From: Terriglobia bacterium
GTDB lineage: Bacteria; Acidobacteriota; Terriglobia; Acidiferrales; UBA7541
Direction: 5' to 3'
Length of the DNA: 64,000 nt
NCBI GenBank assembly: GCA_963823205.1
Contig: CAWGKL010000006.1
Location: 3,072 to 67,071 of the forward strand
Position numbers and translations under genes: made by a program. Position 1 is the first letter of the stretch, and every line of letters begins with the position of its first letter. The notes below the pieces were generated by a model that was given only the letters and a program-made list of their open reading frames with translations, ran no database searches and had not been told where the DNA came from. Positions 35,147 to 43,561 of this stretch are shown piece by piece.

Positions 35147-36493
35147 TTAGAAGAAATGCAGAGGCAAAATTGCGCCGCCGAGGCCGGCGGCGGAGGGGTT
35201 GAAGATCGTGGCGTACACCAACACTACGGTGAGAATAATCATCACGACGCTCGCGGTCCATGCGACGGCGTTGAAGCCCCAGGAATTGGTGTGCTCGCCC
35301 ATCAGGTCGCGCCGGTTAATCAGCAGCAGAATGAAAATTAGGACCACGGGCAGCCAGACGCCGTTGGCTACCTGCGAGAGCACCAGAATCTTCAGCAGCG
35401 GCGCCTTGGGAATCAAAATAATCCCCGCGCCGACGACGATCATGGCGGTGTAGAGCCCATAAAACGTGGGTGCTTCCTTCAGCTTGTTGTCGAGCCCCGC
35501 CTCGAATCCCAGGCCTTCGCAAATCACGTGCGCCGTCGAGAGCGGCAGAATGGACGCGGCGAAAAGCGACGCGTTCAGCAGCCCAAACGCAAAAAGCCCG
35601 GCGGCCCATTTGCCCGCGACCGGTTCGAGCGCCTGCGCCGCCTGGCCCGCGTCGGTGATGTTCGTCAGGCCATGAACGTGCAGCGTGGCGGCGCAGCAAA
35701 CGATGATGAAAAATACGATCACCATGCACGAGACGCTGCCCACCAGCACGTCCAAGCGCGCGTGCTTGTACTGCCGCGGCCCCACGCGCTTTTCGACGAA
35801 ACTGGCCTGCATATAGAAGAATTGCCACGGAGCGATGGTCGTGCCGATCAGCCCGGTGAGCATCAGCAGGTAAGCGGCATTCATGTGCAGCGAAGGAATC
35901 ACCGTCTGCTTCGCGGCCAGCAGCCAATCCGGCTTGGCGAGAAACGCCGAGAACACATAGGTGAGATAGAAACCGCAGGCCACCAGAAAAATTTTCTCCA
36001 CCTGCCGATAGGTGCCGCGCACCACCAGAATCCAGACGAGCACCGCCGCGATGGGCACGGCAATATATTTGCTGATGCCGAAGATCTGCATCGAAGCCGC
36101 CACTCCGGCGAATTCCGCCACCGTGTTGCCCATATCCACGGCCAGCGCCGCCAGCATGACGAAGAACGTCGAGCGAAGGCCGAACTCCTCGCGAATCAGA
36201 TCCGAAAGGCCCTTGCCGGTGATCACCCCCAAGCGCGCGCACATCTCCTCGCTGACGTAAAGCGCGATGGTCATGGGAATGAGCGACCAGAGCAGCGCAT
36301 AGCCGAATTGCGCCCCGGCGATGGTGTACGTGGTGATGCCGCCGGCGTCGTTATCCACATTCGAGGTGATCAGGCCCGGGCCGATGACCGCCAGAAACAC
36401 GGCCAGGCGCCGGCGCGTGGACCGCGTGCGGCGCATGAACTCCTTGCCGCGGCCGGTCCAGCGGGAAAGCGCGTCGGTGGATTTTGTGTTCAT
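35147..36493 (-). CDS. NRAMP/SLC11-family transporter with NRMT-like (putative Mg2+) substitutions in the metal site
   Basis: TM1 reads GPGLITSNVDNDAGGITTYTIAGAQFGYALLW (canonical DPGN is DAGG here). TM6 reads IGTTIAPWQFFYMQ (canonical GA..MPHN is GT..APWQ here). An alternative start ATG at 36436 is preceded by AAGGAG. Confidence 0.85.
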   Translation of the reverse strand: MNTKSTDALSRWTGRGKEFMRRTRSTRRRLAVFLAVIGPGLITSNVDNDAGGITTYTIAGAQFGYALLWSLIPMTIALYVSEEMCARLGVITGKGLSDLIREEFGLRSTFFVMLAALAVDMGNTVAEFAGVAASMQIFGISKYIAVPIAAVLVWILVVRGTYRQVEKIFLVACGFYLTYVFSAFLAKPDWLLAAKQTVIPSLHMNAAYLLMLTGLIGTTIAPWQFFYMQASFVEKRVGPRQYKHARLDVLVGSVSCMVIVFFIIVCCAATLHVHGLTNITDAGQAAQALEPVAGKWAAGLFAFGLLNASLFAASILPLSTAHVICEGLGFEAGLDNKLKEAPTFYGLYTAMIVVGAGIILIPKAPLLKILVLSQVANGVWLPVVLIFILLLINRRDLMGEHTNSWGFNAVAWTASVVMIILTVVLVYATIFNPSAAGLGGAILPLHFF

Positions 36494-36800
36494 AACGATT
36501 TTCGCAGCGACGAATTTAAGCGGCGCAGCCGCCCCGAATTACTCGGGCCATTCGACGAATCCAAGCAGCGTTTCTGGCCCGAATTCCTCGAACGATTCGA
36601 CGATTGTTAGGCAGCGTTTCTGGCCCGAATTCCTCGAACGATTCGACGATTTTTAGGCAGGCTCGCTGCAAAAAAGTACTCGAATCATTCGATTACTTTC
36701 TGCCCAAAAAGTGCTCGAAAGGTTCGACTAATTTAAGCCCTTAAGTGGCCTTAAAATGCCAATTTTTGCCATTTTTTGGCGCTTTTTTGCGCTTTTTGAC
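36494..36800. repeat. AT-rich intergenic block: five CTCGNN-N3-4-TTCGA sites at ~46-bp spacing, CCTTAAGTGG palindrome, four phased T-tracts
   Basis: Sites are at 36542, 36587, 36633, 36679 and 36714. T-tracts begin at 36763, 36772, 36783 and 36793. AAGGGCTTAAATTA(G/C)TCGAA is shared, inverted, with 33283-33296 joined to 34957-34967 once the IS1380 insertion is removed. Confidence 0.8.
36565..36651. repeat. two perfect 41-nt direct repeats (46-nt period)
   Basis: GCAGCGTTTCTGGCCCGAATTCCTCGAACGATTCGACGATT occurs at 36565-36605 and 36611-36651. Confidence 0.95.
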
Positions 36801-36842
36801 ACCCTATCCTACGGGCTGCATCCCTTCCCCCCTCGGGGCCAG

Positions 36843-36852
36843 CCCCCCCCCC
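36843..36852 (-). repeat. homopolymeric G10 (C10 on the plus strand), its nearest base 7 nt downstream of the CBS-gene stop
   Basis: agCCCCCCCCCCtgctatcta. On the coding strand it is followed by further G runs (GG, G6, GGG). Confidence 0.9.
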
Positions 36853-36858
36853 TGCTAT

Positions 36859-38100
36859 CTATAATTGCGCGCGCAAATGGCTGACCACGTCGTCCACCGT
36901 GATGGCCCCGATGGGATGGTTTTCCTCGTTGACCACGGCCAGGCTGCGCAGGTTGTATTTGTCGAAAATCTCGAAGATTTCGTTGTCGCGCGTGTCCGGC
37001 TTCACGAAGAGCAAGGGCTCGAACACGAACTCGGACATGCGCTGCTCGGCGCTGGCCAGGAGCAGGCGCGCCAGCGGAACCGTGCCGGCCAGAGCGGCAT
37101 CGCGGTTGACGAGGATGACGTTGTCGAGCTGATCCACGGGAATCTCGTGGAAGCGGATGTAATCGAGCACCTCGCCGCGCGTGGCGTCTTCCCCCAGGAC
37201 CACGATTTCGGAATTCATCATGCCGCCCGCGGTGTTGGGCTCGAAGCGCAAGAGTTTTTCCACTTCCTGGGCCTCGCGATGCTGCATCTTCTCGAGCACT
37301 TCGGCGGATTTTTCGGGCGCCAGGCTCTGGATCAAATCGGCGGCCTCATCCGGACTCATCTCCTCGATGATGTCCGCGGCTTTCCCGGGCGCGAGCTTTT
37401 CCACGACCTGGGTCTGCAGGCGCTTGTCCAACTCGGCAATGGTTTCGGCGGCGGTCTCTTCGTCGAGGGAAACAATGATGGATTGCCGCTCGTCGGGAGA
37501 AAGCTCTTCCATGATGTCGGCGAGATCGGCGGGATGGAGCTTGGACAGCCTGTCGCCGGAAAGCCGGAGCTTCACCCGGCGCAGCGGGTCCGGCTCAATC
37601 AGGTTGACGAATTCCCAGCGGATGGTCTTGGGCGGAAGTTTGCTTTGGATGCGGCGAATGGCCATGGGCGAAACCACGCCCTGCAGCAGGCGGCCCACGG
37701 CGGCCTGGAGACCCACGTCCACGTCGGTGATGCGCAACTCGGTATTGCCGTTGGTCTGCTGATCGGCCAGGTCCACGTCGTTCACGCGGACGACCTTGCG
37801 GCCGTGGGTGTCAATAATCTGCTGGTCGAGAAGGTCCTTGCGCACGGCCAGCCAGGCTTCATTGGGATGGTAAAGCTCGAGAGCGGATTCCTCGGTTGTG
37901 AGATTGACGCGGCCGGGAGCCACCGAGGCAATTTGGTCGTAGCGCGCCACGAGCGGGCGGTATTGCCCGCGTCCCAGGAGTAGGCGCGAGACGCGGTTCT
38001 GCTGTTCGGCCGGCACGATGAACATCTCCTTGACGCGGCCTACAAAATTGCCGAGCGAGTCGTACGTCTCGGCGCCCAGGATTTCCGTGGCGTGAAGCAT
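36859..38100 (-). CDS. soluble PRC-barrel + MgtE N-terminal domain + tandem CBS protein (no MgtE membrane domain)
   Basis: The PRC-like N-terminus is ATEILGAETYDSLGNFVGRVKEMFI. The MgtE-N-like acidic helical repeats are LHPADLADIMEELSPDERQSIIVSLDEETAAETIAELD...AADIIEEMSPDEAADLIQSL. The CBS pair is AGGMMNSEIVVLGEDATRGEVLDYIR...NVILVNRDAALAGTV...LAVVNEENHPIGAITVDDVV. An AGGAG SD is 6 nt upstream. Confidence 0.88.
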   Translation of the reverse strand: MLHATEILGAETYDSLGNFVGRVKEMFIVPAEQQNRVSRLLLGRGQYRPLVARYDQIASVAPGRVNLTTEESALELYHPNEAWLAVRKDLLDQQIIDTHGRKVVRVNDVDLADQQTNGNTELRITDVDVGLQAAVGRLLQGVVSPMAIRRIQSKLPPKTIRWEFVNLIEPDPLRRVKLRLSGDRLSKLHPADLADIMEELSPDERQSIIVSLDEETAAETIAELDKRLQTQVVEKLAPGKAADIIEEMSPDEAADLIQSLAPEKSAEVLEKMQHREAQEVEKLLRFEPNTAGGMMNSEIVVLGEDATRGEVLDYIRFHEIPVDQLDNVILVNRDAALAGTVPLARLLLASAEQRMSEFVFEPLLFVKPDTRDNEIFEIFDKYNLRSLAVVNEENHPIGAITVDDVVSHLRAQL

Positions 38101-38125
38101 GGCGGCTCCTAGTGTGGTGAGTTGT

Positions 38126-38234
38126 AAGTTCGTTGCATAATTCCGGAGGTCCTCAGGGGCTAAAGCCCGCTAAAAAGACGGTGCTTAATGTCGGAGATGA
38201 AGCTCCGACCCCCTAAAAACCATGCAACGAATTT
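38126..38234. repeat. MITE-like element with terminal inverted repeats AAGTTCGTTGCAT / ATGCAACGAATTT
   Basis: It lies between the leader terminator and the CBS-gene SD. The internal GTCGGAGATGAAGCTCCGAC hairpin is related to 22889-22939. Confidence 0.8.
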
Positions 38235-38302
38235 CTGACTCAGGGCACTTGCTGTCTGTCACTGCTTTCGAGAACGCCTCGCGCGAAGCTCATGGCCTCG
38301 CT

Positions 38303-38345
38303 AAATAAAAAAAGCCCGGGGCCGGAGATGCACCCGGCCACGGGC
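38303..38345 (-). terminator. strong intrinsic terminator
   Basis: The minus strand reads CCCGTGGCCGG-GTGCATCT-CCGGCCCCGGG followed by CTTTTTTTATTT. Confidence 0.75.
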
Positions 38346-38572
38346 GGAAAATCACCGCCCTGTGATTACTTCCTGCCGGGCCCTGCCTCCCTGCCGCCGT
38401 GGACGCCTATGGCGCGGGAGCAGCGATCCACAATGAGCGGAGAATCGGACTGCCCTTCCCGGGCTCCCTGCGGCCCAGTGGGGCGATTACTTCCAGGCTC
38501 CGAATTGGACGAAAGGTCTTCCATTTCGATGCGCTTGCGCTCACCTCGACTACTAAAGGCAGATGCGGATTT
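38346..38572 (-). ncRNA. candidate cis-regulatory leader / small RNA upstream of the CBS-NRAMP pair (unclassified)
   Basis: About 230 nt of non-coding sequence lie between the CYTH stop (which sits inside a TTGACA hexamer) and the terminator. It has competing hairpins (AATCAC-AGGGCG-GTGATT versus GGGCGG-TGATTTT-CCGCCC) and a 10-nt motif GGAAGTAATC that occurs twice. No convincing ORF. Confidence 0.3.
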
Positions 38573-38574
38573 TG

Positions 38575-39306
38575 TCAAGCGAAGAGTGCGCGTTTTACGA
38601 AATTTTTACGCGGGAAAAGCATATTCCGCGGGAAACGGCCGCGCCGGCGGCAATGGGCCGCATAAAGGTCTCCATAGCTGGCGCGAATGTAGTCGCGAGG
38701 CGAAAACCCAAGGGCGCGGGCCACCCGGTCTATTTTCCCAGGACCGCCCTCCAGCTCCAGGAAGGCGCCGATGGGGGTCTCATCCAGGTCCACTTCAAGG
38801 GCTGGGAGCCGGAATGCGGTCCGGTATTTCTCATAGCGGAATACGGGATGGAAGCCGATGCCGCGAAGCATCATGGGCCAGCCCCGGGGTTTGCGGACAA
38901 CCCACTCGCGTTCGAGCCTTTCCTTGTATCGCCGTGAGGGCGAAAGCAGCGGCGCCTTGAGCGTCAGAATGGCGCGAGCACGGCGGCCAAGAAATGCCGT
39001 TTTGCCCATGCTGCGGCCGCGTGCCGAGGGCGCCAGGGTTTCGACGCGCAGCCGCAGAAGGCAGCCGGCACGGCGGAGAGAGGAATCGGGCGTGTCGTAG
39101 AGCGTGTTGCGCTCAAAGACGCGCCCGCGCGGCGCGGCACGGAGACGCCGGAGATTGCGGACGAGCGCAGGCCCACCGGTGACGCGGAGTTTGATTTCGG
39201 TTTCGCGATTTGTACGGCCGCGGGAAGTCACGCCTGAGTATAGCTCAGCCGTGGCGCGGCTAAGGAGGAAGCGCGATGGCAGGTACTGTCGTAATTTGGA
39301 GCGCAA
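38575..39306 (-). CDS. CYTH-domain protein (CyaB/ThTPase-like)
   Basis: ETEIKLRV...RVFERNTLYDTP...LRLR...ILTLKAP...REWVV...FRYEKYRTAF...LEVDLDETPIGAFLELEG. The real start is probably downstream of 39306. Confidence 0.8.
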   Translation of the reverse strand: MRSKLRQYLPSRFLLSRATAELYSGVTSRGRTNRETEIKLRVTGGPALVRNLRRLRAAPRGRVFERNTLYDTPDSSLRRAGCLLRLRVETLAPSARGRSMGKTAFLGRRARAILTLKAPLLSPSRRYKERLEREWVVRKPRGWPMMLRGIGFHPVFRYEKYRTAFRLPALEVDLDETPIGAFLELEGGPGKIDRVARALGFSPRDYIRASYGDLYAAHCRRRGRFPRNMLFPRKNFVKRALFA

Positions 39307-39510
39307 AATATCAGCGGATTGTGTCGCACCTACGGCGCTCAGACGAATTTGTTATTTCTACCCAGGGTTTCCACCCTGGGCTAACTTCTGTCGCCCCTAT
39401 GGGGCTGATCAATCATCGAATTTGGGACAGTACCCGGCGGGAAGGAACGGTGTTGCCAAACGAGAGCGCGCAACAGCATAATCGCTTCCCTGCCGGGACC
39501 GAGCGCATCC

Positions 39511-42319
39511 ATGAATGATCAGACAACTCCGCTGATGCAGCAATATCACGCCGCCAAAAAGCAGCATCCGGCGGCGCTGCTGCTCTTCCGCCTGGGGGAT
39601 TTCTACGAGCTATTCTTCGACGACGCGGTGGTGGCCTCGCGCATCCTGCAAATCACGCTGACCGCGCGCAACAAGGAAAAAGGCGCGCCCGTGCCGATGT
39701 GCGGAGTTCCCTACCACGCGGCCGAGAATTACATCGCGCGGCTCGTTGGCGCGGGCCACAAGGTGGCCATCTGCGAGCAGATGGAAGAGCCGGGGCCCGG
39801 AAAGAAGCTGGTGAGGCGCGAGGTGATTCGCGTGCTGACGCCAGGGACGGCGGCGTTCACGTCACTTGTGGAACCGAAGGAGAATAATTTCCTGGCGGCC
39901 GTGGCGCGCAGCGCCGCGGCCTCCGCCGCCGCGGCGGGCGGACGGTCGCCCTCCCGCCCGGCGGAGCCGAGAATCGGCCTGGCCTTCGTGGATCTATCCA
40001 CGGGAGAATTTCGCTCGACGGAGTTTTCCGGCGAGCGAGCGGAGGCGCGCCTGGGAGACGAACTGGGCATTTTGCGGCCGCGCGAAATTCTGCTGCCGCG
40101 ATCCGCAAAGCCCACGCTCTTTCCCGAAACGAGCGCGTCCAGTTCGGGGCAACTTGAGTTTCGCGCCACAGGCGCCGTGGAAACGCGGCTCGACGAATGG
40201 ATTTTCGAGGCCTCCTACGCGACGCGCCTGCTGGAGGAGCAGTTCCGAGTGGCCGGCCTCGAAGGGTTGGGACTGGCCGGGCATCCGCAGGCCGCGGCGG
40301 CGGCGGGCGCCATTGTCCATTATCTGCGCGAGACCTCGGCCATCGGCGCGCGCAAGCCGGAAGACAACGCGGCGGCGGCGGCCGCGCGGCCGGCCGGAAC
40401 GGGGCTCGAGCACCTGGATCGAATCACATACTACGAGCAGCAGGACCGCATGATTCTCGACCAGGTGACGGTGCGGAATCTGGAACTGGCGGAGCCCGCG
40501 CCGGGAGAGGACGCGCGCGCCACTCTGCTGGGCGCCATGGATGAAACCGCGACGGGCATGGGAGCGCGCCTGGTGCGCGGGTGGATTCTGCGCCCGGAAA
40601 TCGCGCTCGAGGAGATCGAGGCGCGGCTCGACGCGGTGGCGGATTTGAAGTCGCGGACCGTGCTGCGCGAGGAGATTTACAGCGAGGCTCGAAAATATTC
40701 TGGACCTGGAGCGGCTGGCCAGCCGCGTGACGATTGGCGTGGCCACGCCGCGGGATTTGCTGGCGCTGGGGGCGTCGCTCGGAAAAATTCCGCGGCTGCG
40801 GGAGCTATTGGGAACGGAAGGAAAGGCCGGCGCGCGGCTGGCGGCGCTGCGCGAGCAATTGGATGAGATGGCGGATGTGCGCGAAATTATCGCGCGCGGA
40901 ATCGCGGACGACCCTCCGGCCATGCCCAACGAGCCGGGCGTGATCCGCGCCGGGTTCCACGCGGAGCTCGACGAACTGCGCGACACCATGAAGCACGGCC
41001 GCCAGATCATCGCGGCCATGGAGGAACGCGAGAGAAAACGCACGGGAATCGGGTCCCTGAAAATCCGCTACAACCAGGTGTTCGGCTTCTACATCGAGGT
41101 GTCCAAACCCAACCTGCACCTGGCGCCCGCGGACTACGAGAGGAAGCAGACGCTGGTGAACGCGGAGCGCTTCACTTCGGGCGAGCTGAAGGAGCAGGAG
41201 CGCAAAATCCTTTCGGCCGAGGAGCGGGTGCTCGAAATCGAGCGGCGGCTTTTTTTCGAAATCCGCGAGGCCATCGCGCGGAACGCAGCCCGGCTGCGGC
41301 GGACGGCGGCGGCCATCGCGCAGCTCGACGCGCTCGTGAATTTCGCGCGCATCGCCGCGGCGCGGAATTATTCCAGGCCCGAATTCACCGAGAAAGCCGC
41401 CGCGCCGGCGGGTCCGCAGCTAACAGCCAAGGGCGCGGCACGCGGCGCGCGCGGCGAGCTCGTGATTGCCGGCGGGCGCCACCCGGTGATCGAAAAGCTG
41501 CTCGAAGAGAGGGGCGAGCGGTTTGTGCCCAACGATTTGTATCTGGGCGACGCCTCGCCCTTCCTGCTGATTATCACCGGGCCGAACATGGGCGGGAAAT
41601 CCACGTATTTGAGGCAGACGGCGCTTATTTCCATTCTGGCGCAGGCGGGGTCGTTCGTTCCGGCGGCGCAGGCCAAGCTGCCGCTCGTCGACCGCATTTT
41701 CACGCGCATCGGGGCGTCGGATAATCTGGCGCGGGGCCGCTCGACATTTCTCGTGGAGATGAGCGAGGTGGCCGCGATTCTGAATACCGCGACGCCGGCA
41801 AGCCTGGTGCTGCTCGACGAAGTGGGACGCGGGACATCGACCTTCGACGGGCTTTCCATCGCCTGGGCCGTGGCGGAGGCGCTGCATGCGGGCGCGCGGC
41901 CGCGGACGCTCTTCGCCACGCACTACCATGAGCTGACGGACCTCGAACCGCTGCTCGCGGGGGTGAAGAACGTGCACGTATCGGTGCGCGAGGCCGGGAG
42001 CGAGATCGTGTTCTTGCGGCGGGTCGAGCCGGGGAGCGCGAACAAAAGCTACGGCATCGAAGTGGCGCGGCTGGCGGGGCTGCCGGACGCGGTGATCGCG
42101 CGCGCGCGGGAAATTTTGCGGCGGCACGAGCAGAGCGAAGAAAAGCTCGCCGGGGAGCTTTCCCCCGGGGCCGCGCCGCACGCGCCCGCGCAGACGCAGA
42201 CGAGTTTTACGGCCCTCGATGAATCCGTGCTCGAAGCGCTGCGGGGAGCGGATCTCGAGAAGCTGACGCCGCTCGAAGCGCTCAACCTGCTGGCGTCGCT
42301 GCAAAAGCAGATGGAATAG
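39511..42319 (+). CDS. mutS: DNA mismatch repair protein MutS (1 frame disruption near 40686-40690)
   Basis: TPLMQQYHAAKKQHPAALLLFRLGDFYELFFDDA..., after the shift ...LENILDLERLASRVTIGVATPRDLL..., then ITGPNMGGKSTYLRQ and LVLLDEVGRGTSTFDG. Confidence 0.95.
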
Positions 42320-42346
42320 TTTTCCATTTTTCCATTTTCCATTTTC
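42320..42346. repeat. short tandem repeat (TTTTCCAT)x3
   Basis: ttttccatttttccattttccatttt lies directly after the mutS stop. Confidence 0.8.
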
Positions 42347-42379
42347 GCCGTTCGGCGTGCGCGGGCCGCGAGGAGCGTC

Positions 42380-43561
42380 ATGCGGGTGCTGGGAATCATG
42401 TCGGGAAATTCGGCGGACGGCATTGACGTGGCGCTCGCGCGCATCTCCGGCGCGCCCCCCGCAATTCAGGCCACACTCGAAGGACATCATCACGTCCCCT
42501 TCCCCCCGCGCGTGCGGGAGGCGATTCTGCGGCTGGCCAACGGCGGCGCAACCACGGCGGCGGAGGTGAGCGAGCTCAATTTTCGGCTGGGCAAGGAGTT
42601 TGCGGAGGCGGCGATCGGCGCATGCCAAATTTGGCGGGTGCCCCTGCGGGATGTTTCGCTGATCGGCTCGCATGGACAGACCATCCACCACCAGGGGCCG
42701 AACCACTGGTCGAGGGCCGGGTGGCACATGGCCTCCACGATGCAGATCGGGGAGCCGAACGTCATCGCCGAACGCACGGGAATAGCGACGATTGCGGATT
42801 TTCGTCCCGCGGATATGGCCGCCGGGGGGCAGGGCGCGCCGCTCGTGCCCTTCGTGGATTACCTGCTCTACCGGCACGCGAAGATCGGGCGGGCGGCGCT
42901 CAATATCGGGGGGATTGCCAACGTGACCGTGATTCCCGCGGGCGCGCGGCCGGAGGACGTCTTCGCGTTCGACACCGGCCCGGGAAACATGATCGTGGAC
43001 GCCCTGGCCGAGCGCATCACGCGGGGGCGCGCGCCATTCGACCGGGACGCGCGCATGGCGCTCAAGGGGCGCACGATTCCGGAACTGCTGGCGCGGCTGA
43101 TGCGTGAAAAGTACCTGCGGACAAAACCGCCCAAGACGGCGGGGCGCGAACAGTTTGGACGCGCCTACGTGGAGCGGCTGCTGGCCTGGGGAAAAAGGCA
43201 CCACGGCGAGCCGGTGGATTTGCTGCGCACGGCGGCGGTGTTCACTTCGTTTTCGATCGCCGACGCCTTTCGCCGATTTATTTTGCCGCGCGCCCAGGTG
43301 CGCGAATTGATCGTAGCCGGAGGAGGCACGCGCAATCCCCTGATCATGGCGCAACTCGCGGCGGCGCTTCCGGGAATCGAAATCTCGCCCTCCGGCCGAT
43401 TTGGCGTCCCCGCGGAGGCCAAGGAAGCGTTTGCGTTTGCCGTGTTGGCCTACGAGGCCTACCACGGGCGCGTGAATAATCTGCCCTCCGCCACGGGGGC
43501 AAGGCGGGCCGTCGTGATGGGAAAGAGCGTGGATCCTTGGGGCGCGAGAAAAAATAAATGA
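42380..43561 (+). CDS. anmK: anhydro-N-acetylmuramic acid kinase
   Basis: MRVLGIMSGNSADGIDVALARI...GSHGQTIHH...DFRPADMAAGGQGAPLVPF...NIGGIANV...FDTGPGNMIVD. Confidence 0.92.
   Translation: MRVLGIMSGNSADGIDVALARISGAPPAIQATLEGHHHVPFPPRVREAILRLANGGATTAAEVSELNFRLGKEFAEAAIGACQIWRVPLRDVSLIGSHGQTIHHQGPNHWSRAGWHMASTMQIGEPNVIAERTGIATIADFRPADMAAGGQGAPLVPFVDYLLYRHAKIGRAALNIGGIANVTVIPAGARPEDVFAFDTGPGNMIVDALAERITRGRAPFDRDARMALKGRTIPELLARLMREKYLRTKPPKTAGREQFGRAYVERLLAWGKRHHGEPVDLLRTAAVFTSFSIADAFRRFILPRAQVRELIVAGGGTRNPLIMAQLAAALPGIEISPSGRFGVPAEAKEAFAFAVLAYEAYHGRVNNLPSATGARRAVVMGKSVDPWGARKNK

Noticed and set aside
38303-38578. Known RNA genes (RNase P RNA, tmRNA, SRP RNA, 6S RNA, yybP-ykoY Mn2+ riboswitch) in the CYTH-CBS gap
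   Set aside because: I could not find the hallmark strings on either strand in the right context: GGAAAGUCCGG for RNase P, a tRNA-like 3' end with a tag ORF for tmRNA, the GGAA-tetraloop domain IV of SRP RNA, or GGGGAGUAG for yybP-ykoY. M-box similarity is only partial and is reported as a hypothesis rather than a call.
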